A DNA stretch of 64,000 nucleotides from Planctomycetota bacterium (GTDB taxonomy: Bacteria > Planctomycetota > GCA-002687715 > CAIWVZ01): assembly GCA_044222185.1 (NCBI GenBank), contig JBGANV010000004.1, forward strand, positions 32,001-96,000, in the 5' to 3' direction. The notes below the pieces were generated by a model, which saw nothing but the letters and a program-made list of their open reading frames with translations, was not told where the DNA came from and ran no database searches. Positions 18,941 to 27,874 of the stretch are shown one piece after another. The position numbers and the translations under genes are program-made. Position 1 is the stretch's first letter; every line of letters begins with the position of its first letter.

Positions 18941-20215
18941 ATGAGAACCAGAAGCCTGTGTCTTGGCGTCTTGCTGTTCGCCACGACGATCACCGCCGAT
19001 TCGACCGCGCAGTGTTTTGGAAATGACGGACTGAGCACCGGTCCGTGCTGTGCGCCGAGCGCCACGAACCTCCCACCATTCCCGCCCATGCAGCTTGGCG
19101 GCCGGGGCGCGTGCTTCAACGACTGCAGTCTCGAGCTTCAGTTCCCGACGCAGAACGTGCTGATTTCCACGCAGGTGCTCTGCGACTACCTGCTGGTCGA
19201 CTTCTCGCTGAATTCACCCAGTTTCGCCATGCCGAACCAGGTGCTCGTGGCGAAGTACGCGCGCACTTGGCTCGAGTTCCCGACGCCGGGCGCGGTGACC
19301 CAGGTGTGGCGGTTCGTCATCAACGGCGACCTGAACTACTCGAACGTCGCGCCGTCGGCGATCGGCTGCCCCGTCCCGTTCTCGGCGGTCGCGCCCTACA
19401 ACCTTCCCGTGAATTACTTCGGCCATCTCGACTACGCGCTGAACTGCGCCACGGGGAACTGGAGCTGCGCCTACGCACTCACGCACTTCTGTCCGACGGA
19501 CATGCATGCGCCCTGGAGCGCCCGGCCCATCGCCGCAGCGAGCACCTGGGCGAAGCGCACCTACCATCTCGTGGCGCCCCAGAACTTCGACTTCACGGCG
19601 TTCTGCGAAGCTCCCGAGGGGCAGATCTACGGGGAGTCGGCGCGGCACTCGCAACTCGTCCCCGGCCTCCCGTACCAGTGCCTCAACGAATCACCGATCC
19701 ATGGAGGCCAGCTTCTCACCGCGCAGGTCCTCTGTGCGTGCGTCGGGCCGTCGCCCACGCCGCCGCCGAGCCGATACGTGTTCCAGACCCTGAACTTCCA
19801 GACGGCGTGTGGGTTCGGCGTTCCGCAGCCCACGACGGCCCTCGGTGGCACGGTGCCCATCCCGGGGATCCTCCCCACGGGGCTGTGCGGGATGGTGATC
19901 GGCCGCTGGGTGCAAGGATCGGTGCCGAGCTTCCCCGGCGACGAGTGCGTCACGTGCTACCTCGGCGTGCTCAACTACACGACGCCGTGTCCGTCACCTG
20001 TGGGATCGAACAGTTTCCACCTGATCGGCGGCGACGGCACGACCGGTGGATTTGCGGCGCAGCTCTTCGACACGAACGTTCCCATCATCCCGAACCCCGA
20101 GTTCATGGATCTGGCGAACATGCTCGTGATCGGGTCTCCGATCCTCCCTCCGTTCACGCCCGGGTATGGCGCGCTCTTCGCTTCCGACGAGGTGTGGAGT
20201 TTCAACACGCTGTGA
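18941..20215 (+). CDS. Secreted Cys-rich protein of unknown function (paralogue A)
   Basis: Signal peptide then QCFGNDGLSTGPCC. Clear homology over its whole length to the next gene. Confidence 0.88.
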   Translation: MRTRSLCLGVLLFATTITADSTAQCFGNDGLSTGPCCAPSATNLPPFPPMQLGGRGACFNDCSLELQFPTQNVLISTQVLCDYLLVDFSLNSPSFAMPNQVLVAKYARTWLEFPTPGAVTQVWRFVINGDLNYSNVAPSAIGCPVPFSAVAPYNLPVNYFGHLDYALNCATGNWSCAYALTHFCPTDMHAPWSARPIAAASTWAKRTYHLVAPQNFDFTAFCEAPEGQIYGESARHSQLVPGLPYQCLNESPIHGGQLLTAQVLCACVGPSPTPPPSRYVFQTLNFQTACGFGVPQPTTALGGTVPIPGILPTGLCGMVIGRWVQGSVPSFPGDECVTCYLGVLNYTTPCPSPVGSNSFHLIGGDGTTGGFAAQLFDTNVPIIPNPEFMDLANMLVIGSPILPPFTPGYGALFASDEVWSFNTL

Positions 20216-20260
20216 TTCCTCGCATGCGTGGGTGATTTTTCACCGATCGGGGATTTGCGG

Positions 20261-20301
20261 CCGTCGGCCCGCGCGAGACGCGCGGGGATCCGGCCGGTTC
20301 C
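20261..20301 (+). repeat. 41-bp dispersed intergenic repeat, copy 1
   Basis: ccgtcggcccgcgcgagacgcgcggggatccggccggttcc matches 42786-42826 at 38/41 positions. Confidence 0.75.
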
Positions 20302-20346
20302 GGTCGCGACGACCGTGAACCGGCGCTCCCGGGGGGGCGATTTCTT

Positions 20347-20372
20347 TTTCCGCTTTCTCCAGGCCGACGGAT
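20347..20372 (+). promoter_or_regulatory. Conserved motif TTTCCG-N13-GACGGAT, copy 3
   Basis: TTTCCG ctttctccaggcc GACGGAT with a T-rich 5' flank, about 90 bp upstream of ATG 20460. Confidence 0.6.
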
Positions 20373-20459
20373 CGCCATCCAGACAGGTCACCGGCCCGGC
20401 GGGCGAACGCGCCCCCGGCCGGGATCCCTCGAACACCCGTCTTGCCCAGGAGATCCACC

Positions 20460-21719
20460 ATGAGAGCCATTCGAATCATCGCCGTCGCCGCCTTCGTGCT
20501 GGCGTCACCGTTCACCTCGACCGCCCCCGCCCAGGGGTGCCTTGGAAACGACGGTTTCAGCAACGGCGTCTGCTGCACACCGGCGCAGACCAACCTTCCG
20601 AACTTCCCGCCGCAACAGATCGGCGGCGTCGGCGCCACGATCAAGGACTGCGCCGTCGAGGGCCAGTACCCGTTGGGGGTCAGCATCAACCCGATTCCGA
20701 TCCTCTGCGACTACTGGCTCATGGGCATCACGGTCAACTCGGCCCAGTTCGCCATCGCCGGCAACCAGTTCCTGGTCGCCAAGTACGCGCGGACCTGGCG
20801 TGAGAACGCCGGAGCCACGCAGTTCCAGGTGTGGCGCTTCCTCGTGAACGGGGATCTGGCGTACACGGCGTCCACCGCGGCGGGCATCGGGAATCCCGTT
20901 CCGCTGTCGGCCGTCGCGCCATTCAACCTCCCCGTCCACTTCATCGGCAGCCTCGACTACGCGCTCAACTGCCAGACGGGCGCGTGGAACATCGCGCTGA
21001 ACCTCACGCATCTCTGCCCGACGGACGCGCACGCGCCCTTCAGCCAGCAGCCCATCGGCGCGGCCGCGTTCTGGGCGAAGCGCACGTACCACTTCATCGC
21101 ACCGGCGAACTTCAACTTCGGCATCTGCGCCGAACCGTCGGGCCCGATCTTCGGAGAATCCGTCCGTCACTCGCGCATGGTTCCGGGGACGCCATACACG
21201 TGCCTTCACGAGGCGCAGGTCGGCGGTGGAAACCTCCAGACCGTGACCCAGGATTGCGCGTGCGCCGATCCGACCCCGATCGTTCCGCCGAATCGCAACG
21301 TGCATCAGAACCTGAACGGGTTCGTGACCTGCCAGGGCGCAGCGACGCAGTTCAACTCGGTCCCGGTCGGTGGCGTCCTCCCCACGGGACTCCGCGGCAT
21401 CCGCATCGGGAGCTACGTTCCGCCAGCGGCCGGTCCCATCTACCCCGGCAATGAGTGCGTGACGGTCTACATCGGGATCCTCGCGTACGGCGGCATCTGC
21501 CCGAGCCCGGTCCCGATCCAGCCCTTCCACCTCGTCGCCGGCGTCGGCACGACGGGCGGGTTCCCGAGCTTCCTGTTCGACTCGCCGGTTCCCATCACCT
21601 TCGCCAACAAGTTCCTCGACCTGGAGAACATGCTGGCGGTGAACGCGGCCGGGGTCTTCGCCCCGACCTTCGGCGGGCTCTTCGCCTCCGACATCGTGTG
21701 GAACCTGAACATGGTCTGA
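20460..21719 (+). CDS. Secreted Cys-rich protein of unknown function (paralogue B)
   Basis: RBS AGGAG, signal peptide, QGCLGNDGFSNGVCC. Shares LVAKYARTW, QVWRF..NGDL, LTH.CPTD.HAP and WAKRTYH with paralogue A. Confidence 0.88.
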   Translation: MRAIRIIAVAAFVLASPFTSTAPAQGCLGNDGFSNGVCCTPAQTNLPNFPPQQIGGVGATIKDCAVEGQYPLGVSINPIPILCDYWLMGITVNSAQFAIAGNQFLVAKYARTWRENAGATQFQVWRFLVNGDLAYTASTAAGIGNPVPLSAVAPFNLPVHFIGSLDYALNCQTGAWNIALNLTHLCPTDAHAPFSQQPIGAAAFWAKRTYHFIAPANFNFGICAEPSGPIFGESVRHSRMVPGTPYTCLHEAQVGGGNLQTVTQDCACADPTPIVPPNRNVHQNLNGFVTCQGAATQFNSVPVGGVLPTGLRGIRIGSYVPPAAGPIYPGNECVTVYIGILAYGGICPSPVPIQPFHLVAGVGTTGGFPSFLFDSPVPITFANKFLDLENMLAVNAAGVFAPTFGGLFASDIVWNLNMV

Positions 21720-21736
21720 CGTGTCGGGTGCTTCGG

Positions 21737-21769
21737 CGGGGCCGGCTTGGAAATTCCGAGCCGGCCCCG
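21737..21769 (+). terminator. Strong GC-rich stem-loop after paralogue B (terminator or mRNA-stabilising hairpin)
   Basis: CGGGGCCGGCTTGGA-aat-TCCGAGCCGGCCCCG: 15-bp stem with one G.U pair, no U-tract. Confidence 0.55.
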
Positions 21770-21842
21770 TCACGTCATCGGCAGCCGCCCCCATCTGGGT
21801 CTCCGTCGGGTCAATCCGACCCGCATTCACAGGAGATCCAAC

Positions 21843-23177
21843 ATGAACCGGACGATTCTTGCTGCCGCGGCCGTCACGCTTTCACTGATCAGCGTCGCAC
21901 CGGCCTTCGGCCAGGCCATCTACAACCCCGCCACGAACCGGTACTACGCGCTCATTCCCTTCGCGACGGACGTGTTCACGGCGCGGAAGATTGCGGCGGA
22001 CATGGGCGGGAAGCTGGCGAGCATCCACTCGCTCGCCGAGCGCAACTTCCTCACGTCGGCGTTCGCGGGCGCCTTGTCCAGCGGGGGAGTGTTCATCGGA
22101 CTGTCCGACGAAGTGACCGAGGGCGTCTTCCAATGGGACGACGGCACCGTGGTGAATTACCTGTCCTGGAATGGCGGCGAGCCGAGCAACACGAGCAATG
22201 AGGACTGGGTCGAGATGGGGGCCAGCGGGAGCTGGAACGACATCCCGCGGTATGCGTTGCGGCGAGGTTTGGTCGAGGGCGCAGCCCTCAGTCCGATTCT
22301 CGCGGGAGGCGCAGATTTCGGTGAGGATTTCACGCAGCCGGTGACGTCGGCGTTGTGGGGCACGGGGCCTGAATGGCAGATCGCGCCCGCGTTCATCTCC
22401 GTCGGCCACGGAGCGGGCAACCCGGATCCGATCGCCGACGGCTCGGGCGTCGTCCTCGGTCGGCTCGCTGGGATCGTCGTGGGCGGAAACGCGTCCATCG
22501 CCCCGCACCCGACGTCCTACCTCACGAGTCCGCCCGTGCAGATTCCCGCGGGGCGACGAGCGGTGCTGAAGTTCGACCGGTTCCTCAACACCATCAGGGC
22601 GCCGTACATGACGAACACCGTCGAGGTCTTCGATGGGAGCGCGTGGCAGACGATCTGGACGAATCCGACGGCCGGCTCGCTCTTCGATGCGGATTGGAAG
22701 TACCAGGGCTTCGACGTGTCGGCGTACGTCAACTCCGCGTTCCGCGTTCGCTTCGGTCTCGCCGTCATCGCGGGCAACTTCCCGCCCGTGTCTTCCTGGA
22801 ACGTCGACAACGTGGCGATCTACTCCTACCAGATCGATTCGGTCCTGGCCTACTTCCGACCGAATGGGCCCGGATCGCTTGGGCTGCGCAACATTGCGTT
22901 CCCCGCTGGCGCGACGGTCCTCACGGCGTTCACGCTGAACCAGGGGGCGTTCCCGAACGGCTGGTTCTTTGGGATCGACGTGACGGCGTCCGACCTCGGC
23001 CTCGCGCTCTCGACTCCGCTCCCGCCGTTCTGGTCGACGATGAGCCCGACGGGGACCTCCGACTTCCTCCTGCTCGGCGGTGTCCCGCCCGGTTTGTCGA
23101 TCTACGCCGTCTCCGTGCTGCTCGGGTCGACGGGAATTCCCGCCGGGAGCTCGGCCCCGATCACGTTCTCGACCTGA
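21843..23177 (+). CDS. Secreted C-type-lectin-domain protein with a central jelly-roll (MAM/immune-inhibitor-like) domain and a C-terminal beta domain
   Basis: RBS AGGAG and a signal peptide. CTL motifs GGKLASIHSLAE, FIGLSD..TEGVFQWDDG, WNGGEPSN..NEDWVEM...GSWND; then LTSP...VEVFDGSAW...FRVRF...WNVDNV. Confidence 0.85.
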   Translation: MNRTILAAAAVTLSLISVAPAFGQAIYNPATNRYYALIPFATDVFTARKIAADMGGKLASIHSLAERNFLTSAFAGALSSGGVFIGLSDEVTEGVFQWDDGTVVNYLSWNGGEPSNTSNEDWVEMGASGSWNDIPRYALRRGLVEGAALSPILAGGADFGEDFTQPVTSALWGTGPEWQIAPAFISVGHGAGNPDPIADGSGVVLGRLAGIVVGGNASIAPHPTSYLTSPPVQIPAGRRAVLKFDRFLNTIRAPYMTNTVEVFDGSAWQTIWTNPTAGSLFDADWKYQGFDVSAYVNSAFRVRFGLAVIAGNFPPVSSWNVDNVAIYSYQIDSVLAYFRPNGPGSLGLRNIAFPAGATVLTAFTLNQGAFPNGWFFGIDVTASDLGLALSTPLPPFWSTMSPTGTSDFLLLGGVPPGLSIYAVSVLLGSTGIPAGSSAPITFST

Positions 23178-23181
23178 TGCC

Positions 23182-23778
23182 GCGTCGGAGCGCCGGGCTC
23201 CCGCCCGGCTGGATGGCAGGGCTCCGCCATGCCTGCGGCGCAGTCGGCCGAGTGCCCGCCTCCGAACGTTCGGCCTGTGGCGGTGAAACGAGTGGCGAGT
23301 TCCTGGCCGGCCCGAGCCCCGCCACCCGACCGGATTGGAACCCTGCGTTCCGGGACTCGCAAACGGAGAGAAGTTGGACGAGCCCGGTCGTGCGGCGTCG
23401 GAGCGCCGGGCTCCCGCCCGGCTGGACGGCAGGGCTCCGCCCTGCCTGCGGCGCAGTCGGCCGAGTGCCCGCCTCCGACCGTTCGGCCTGTGGCGGTGAA
23501 ACGAGTGGCGAGTTCGTGGCCGGCCCGAGCCCCGCCGCCCGACCGGGTTGGAACCCGGCGTTCCGGGATTCGCAAACGGAGAGAAGTTGGACGAGCCCGG
23601 TCGTGCGGCGTCGGAGCGCCGGGCTCCCGCCCGGCTGGATGGCAGGGCTCCGCCCTGCCTGCTGCGCAGCCGGCCGAGTGCCCGCCTCCGACCGTTCAGC
23701 CTGTGGCGGTGAAACGGGTGGCGAGTTCGTGGCCGGCCCGAGCCCCGCCACCCGACCGGGTTGGAACCCGGCGTTCCG
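23182..23778. repeat. Tandem array of three REPIN-like units (period 213 bp; elements 23187-23351, 23400-23564, 23613-23777)
   Basis: Near-identical units start at 23182, 23395 and 23608. Each is bounded by inverted double-hairpin ends (GGAGCGCCGGGCTCCCGCCCGGC... and ...GACCGGGTTGGAACCCGGCGTTCC; the right end of copy 1 is more degenerate). Confidence 0.9.
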
Positions 23779-23805
23779 CGTTTTGAAGAAAACCGCAGAC
23801 TTTTT

Positions 23806-23831
23806 TTTCCGCCGGCGGGCGGCGGACGGAT
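23806..23831 (+). promoter_or_regulatory. Conserved motif TTTCCG-N13-GACGGAT, copy 4
   Basis: Its TTT is the end of a T8 tract: (T8)CCG ccggcgggcggcg GACGGAT, upstream of the gene at 23987. Confidence 0.55.
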
Positions 23832-23986
23832 CCATGAGTGCTCGAGCGATCCTCGTCGGGTCGACTTCGGGTGTGTGACGGTTGCCGGTTGGACGTCTTA
23901 TCGGGGGATGGGCGCCGACCGGCAGCCGTACTTTTGTTTCCAGCCCCGCCTGTAGGATCGGGCTCGCCTCACCCCGTGGGGAATGC

Positions 23987-24580
23987 ATGCGCCCGATCCC
24001 CTCCCTGCACGGCAACCTGACTCCCGTCACCAAGGGGATCGGCGTTGCGACGGACCTTCTCGCTGTTGCGATCCTCGGAGCGGACGGCGCCTGGCTCGTC
24101 GCGAGAGTCGTGCTGACCGATGGCACGCTCGGCCGGTGGATTCTCCCGATCGGGCTCCTGGGCGCCCTCGCCGCGATCGTCCTCGCCGTGCGCCTGGCCC
24201 ACGTGCGCGCTCGGGTCGTTCTCCGACTCGCTGCCTGGGCGGCTGTCGATGAGCCTGATGCCTATGGTGGGCACCGCAGGGGCAGGCGTGTGACCCTCGT
24301 GGCCGCGTTCATCGTCCTGGCCGTGATCGCCGCGTGGGTGACCGCGAGCGCGATCCTTGCCGCGATGTCGACGTCATCACTCGATGGGGCATCCTCCGAG
24401 GCGATGGCGGTCGATTCGTTCGCGCCCCGTCCGAGCCGTCGAGGCCATGCGCTCGGGGTCTACCTTGGCTCGCTCATGATCGCGCTGTTCTGGGGCACCA
24501 CACTCGGCATGCGGATGTTGGACCGGCTGGATGAGGAGCGCGACCGGGGCCATCAGTCGGGCGTCGAGGAGGTGTTCTGA
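23987..24580 (+). CDS. Hypothetical integral membrane protein (about 4 TM helices)
   Basis: Four hydrophobic segments; ATG 23987 in ORF 23882..24580. Confidence 0.6.
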   Translation: MRPIPSLHGNLTPVTKGIGVATDLLAVAILGADGAWLVARVVLTDGTLGRWILPIGLLGALAAIVLAVRLAHVRARVVLRLAAWAAVDEPDAYGGHRRGRRVTLVAAFIVLAVIAAWVTASAILAAMSTSSLDGASSEAMAVDSFAPRPSRRGHALGVYLGSLMIALFWGTTLGMRMLDRLDEERDRGHQSGVEEVF

Positions 24581-24610
24581 CCGAATCCGCGGAGCCCGGC
24601 GCACCGCGGA

Positions 24611-24616
24611 TAGAAT
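24611..24616 (+). promoter_or_regulatory. Putative sigma70 -10 element (TAGAAT) 8 nt before the cstA GTG; likely (near-)leaderless transcript
   Basis: TAGAAT-cccgcccc-GTG, with no Shine-Dalgarno sequence. Confidence 0.45.
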
Positions 24617-24624
24617 CCCGCCCC

Positions 24625-26334
24625 GTGACCGTCACGATCATCTTCCTCGCGTGCCTCGCGGCGTTCGGAATCGCGTTTCGATCGTATGGCCGCGTGCTCG
24701 CCCGGGCCTTCGGGCTCCGTGGCGACACGCAGACCCCGGCCCACACGCTGGCGGACGGCGAAGACTACGTGCCGATCAAGCGCGGATACCTCCTCGCGCA
24801 GCACTTCTCTGCCATCTCGGCTGCTGGCCCCATCGCGGGGCCCATCACCGCCGGTTTGATGTTCGGATGGCTGCCCGCACTCCTGTGGATCGTGCTCGGC
24901 GCGATCTTCATCGGTGCCATGCACGACTTCTCCGCGCTCGTCGGATCCGTGCGGCATCAGGCGCGGTCCGTCTCGGAGATCGTCCGCGAGCACATGAGTC
25001 GCCCCGCGTGGTACCTCTTCTTGAGCTTCGTCTGGCTCGCGCTCGTCTACGTCGTGATCGCATTCACGGACCTCACCGCACGCGGGTTCGTCGGTCAGGT
25101 GACGCTCGACGACGGCAGCGTCGTGAATGGCGGCGGTATCGCCACGTCCTCCATCCTCTACCTCGCCGTCAGCGTCGTCATGGGAGTGTGCCTGCGACGC
25201 AAGATGCCGCTTTGGCTCGCGACCCTGATCTTCGTCCCGCTCGTCGGTGTCGCGATCTGGTTCGGCCAGCATGCCCCGGCGTCCGTTCCCACGCTGATCG
25301 GAAGCGACGAAGGCGTGGAAGGACAGGTCCGTACCTGGGACTACCTCATCCTCGTCTATTGCGGCATCGCTTCCGTCACGCCCATGTGGGCGCTCCTCCA
25401 ACCACGTGGGTTCCTCGGCGGCTTCTTCCTCTATGGAGTGCTGGCCTTCTCGTTCCTCGGGATCCTGGTCGGTGGCGGAGAGGTGAAATACCCCATGTTC
25501 CTGGGCTTCCGGACGACGGAAGCCCAGCCGCTGTTCCCGTTCCTGTTCATCACGATCGCCTGCGGCGCGTGCTCTGGATTCCACGGATTGGTGTGCTCGG
25601 GCACGACCAGCAAACAACTCGATCGTGAGCCCGACGCGCACACGGTGGGGTATGGCGGCATGCTGCTCGAGGGTGTCGTCGCCGTGATCTCGCTCATTTG
25701 CGTGATGCTGCTCTCGCCCGGATCGCCAGCCTCCGCACAGAGCCCGCAGCGCATCTACGCGCTCGGCACTGCCGGGTTCATGAATGCGCTGGGGATCGAC
25801 CTGAAGTTCGCCGCCGCGTTCTCATCGCTGGCATTCACCACGTTCGTCTTCGACACGCTCGACGTCACGACGCGCCTGGGTCGCTACATCCTCCAGGAAC
25901 TCCTCCACTGGAAGACGCGATTGGGAGCCGTAGTCGCCACCTTCATCTCGCTCGTGCTGCCGGCGTTGTTCGTGTCCGCGACGCTCCGCGACGACGCCGG
26001 AAAGCCGATCGCTGCATGGAAGGTCTTCTGGACGATTTTCGGCTCGTCCAATCAGCTTCTGGCGGCGCTGACGCTCCTCGGCCTGACGGTGTGGCTGCGA
26101 AGCTCGGGACGGAGGCGGGCCGCCTGGATCACGGGCGTGCCCATGGTCTTCATGCTCGGGATGACCATGTGGTCTCTCATCCTCATGGTGAGCACGACGG
26201 TTGCGCGCGTCCGGGCGGGCCGAACCCTGGACTTGCCGGGAGCGGTGGCGATCGTCCTCCTGGCCCTCGCCACATGGCTCGTCGTCGAGGCGATCCGCGT
26301 CGTACGGCGCGAGCGCGTTCGCACGACGGCGTAG
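24625..26334 (+). CDS. cstA: Carbon starvation protein A (peptide/pyruvate transporter family)
   Basis: TPAHTLADGEDYVP, QHFSAISAAGPIAGP, GAMHDF, LLQPRG, FITIACGACSGFH, GYGGMLLEG, FGSSNQLLA. Confidence 0.95.
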   Translation: MTVTIIFLACLAAFGIAFRSYGRVLARAFGLRGDTQTPAHTLADGEDYVPIKRGYLLAQHFSAISAAGPIAGPITAGLMFGWLPALLWIVLGAIFIGAMHDFSALVGSVRHQARSVSEIVREHMSRPAWYLFLSFVWLALVYVVIAFTDLTARGFVGQVTLDDGSVVNGGGIATSSILYLAVSVVMGVCLRRKMPLWLATLIFVPLVGVAIWFGQHAPASVPTLIGSDEGVEGQVRTWDYLILVYCGIASVTPMWALLQPRGFLGGFFLYGVLAFSFLGILVGGGEVKYPMFLGFRTTEAQPLFPFLFITIACGACSGFHGLVCSGTTSKQLDREPDAHTVGYGGMLLEGVVAVISLICVMLLSPGSPASAQSPQRIYALGTAGFMNALGIDLKFAAAFSSLAFTTFVFDTLDVTTRLGRYILQELLHWKTRLGAVVATFISLVLPALFVSATLRDDAGKPIAAWKVFWTIFGSSNQLLAALTLLGLTVWLRSSGRRRAAWITGVPMVFMLGMTMWSLILMVSTTVARVRAGRTLDLPGAVAIVLLALATWLVVEAIRVVRRERVRTTA

Positions 26335-26469
26335 GTCGCAGAGTGCCTTCGACGCGAGAATTCCGGCGATAATCGCCCGAGCGATCCGGGTCGCAGGGTA
26401 TGCTCCCGCCGGTGGCAGCGTGGTGTTCCCTTCGCCGCGTCTCGTACCGATCTCACACCTCGCCCATTG

Positions 26470-27867
26470 ATGACGCCCATATTCCCGCTCGATGACGGTG
26501 CCCCTGTGGCGCCCGCAGCGGCGCTCCGGTCCGCGAGTGCTTCGATCGCGGCCGACTTCTCGGACCTCGCGCGGCTCGCCGCGGCAGCATGCGGCGCGCC
26601 GATGGCGATCGTGAGTGGCGTCGAAGGCACACGACAGGCGCCGGTGGGCTCATTCGGCCTCGAACTCCGACAGGTCCCGCGCGACGCCGCATTCTGCGGG
26701 CGCGCCGTTCTCGGTGGGAAGCTGCTGGCGATTCACGACACGCTCGCCGACGAGCGCTGCGCGTCGCACTCGCTCGTGACGGGATCGGCGCGCGTTCGCT
26801 CGGTGACTTCCATGCCCGTCGTCGCGGCGACTGAACCGGGCTCGGCGGCAGCGCCCCCGGTCGTGGCCGTCGTGAGCGTCTTCGATCGCGCACCTCGAAC
26901 GCTCAACGAGCGCGAAGTCGAGCTTCTCGAAGCCGTGGCACGTCAGATCGGCGCTCAGATCGAGCTCCGGCGTGTGAAGCTGCAGGGCGATCATGATGCG
27001 CGCGGCACGCGAACGCGGCAGTTGTTGGACCTCGTGCCGCCGGGCATCCTGGTGGCCTCCCGCTCCGGTGTCGTCGAGTACATGAACGACTCGGCCCGCC
27101 GCATCGTCCGCGGCGACGTGGTCCCGGGCGTTCCCGTGTCGCAGCTCGTGCGACGCGCGGGGATCTGCATCGCAGGAACGGATCTGCCGTATCCGGACGA
27201 ACGCCTGCCGATCACGCGTGCTTTGCGCGGGGAGCATGCCGTCGTTTCCGACATCGAACTGCGCCGGCCGGAAGGTTCCGTGCCCATCCAGCTCCAGGCT
27301 TCGCCCGTCTTCGATGCTCATGGTCGCGTCGAGTGCGCCATCGCCGCATTCGAGGACATTCGTGAGCTGCGGCGGCAGTCGTCCACCGACCAGCTCACGG
27401 GCCTGCTGAACCGCGCCGCGTTTCGCGAGACGTTCGAACACATGGCGCGGCACTGCGAGCGGGCCCACGAATCCCTCACGCTCGCGATCCTCGACTTGGA
27501 CTACTTCAAGGAAATCAACGACGCGCACGGACACTGCGCGGGCGATCAGGTCCTGACCCAGTTCGCGGCCTTCCTGCGGACCGAGCTCCGCAAGTCCGAC
27601 ACCGTCGCGCGGTGGGGAGGCGAGGAATTCGTCGTCATGTTCCCGAACACCGACGTGCGCGGCGCAAAGCACGCACTCGAAGCGCTGCTGGCTGAGTTGC
27701 ACGAGGACCCGCCGAAGTTGGCGTCGGGCACCGTGATCCCAATCACGTTCTCCGCCGGTCTTGCGGCCCACGTGGACGGGTCGACGTTGGACGAGTTGAC
27801 GGAGGTCGCAGACCGCCGTCTGTACGTAGCGAAGGCCGCGGGCCGAGCGCGCGTCGTCGACGCGTGA
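26470..27867 (+). CDS. GAF-PAS-GGDEF diguanylate cyclase
   Basis: GAF (RDAAFCG...HDTLADER...FDRAPR), a PAS region, DQLTGLLNR, DLDYFKEINDAHGH..GD and an intact active site RWGGEEF. Confidence 0.92.
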   Translation: MTPIFPLDDGAPVAPAAALRSASASIAADFSDLARLAAAACGAPMAIVSGVEGTRQAPVGSFGLELRQVPRDAAFCGRAVLGGKLLAIHDTLADERCASHSLVTGSARVRSVTSMPVVAATEPGSAAAPPVVAVVSVFDRAPRTLNEREVELLEAVARQIGAQIELRRVKLQGDHDARGTRTRQLLDLVPPGILVASRSGVVEYMNDSARRIVRGDVVPGVPVSQLVRRAGICIAGTDLPYPDERLPITRALRGEHAVVSDIELRRPEGSVPIQLQASPVFDAHGRVECAIAAFEDIRELRRQSSTDQLTGLLNRAAFRETFEHMARHCERAHESLTLAILDLDYFKEINDAHGHCAGDQVLTQFAAFLRTELRKSDTVARWGGEEFVVMFPNTDVRGAKHALEALLAELHEDPPKLASGTVIPITFSAGLAAHVDGSTLDELTEVADRRLYVAKAAGRARVVDA

Positions 27868-27874
27868 GTGCGCC

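Noticed and set aside
23182-23778. Possible CRISPR array
   Set aside because: Units are 213 bp and the intervening sequences are near-identical rather than unique; there are no cas genes.
22373-24126. Repeat-protein ORFs 22373..23878 (+) and 23161..24126 (-) with 71-aa repeats
   Set aside because: A by-product of the 213-bp DNA repeat. Conservation follows DNA hairpins, not codons.
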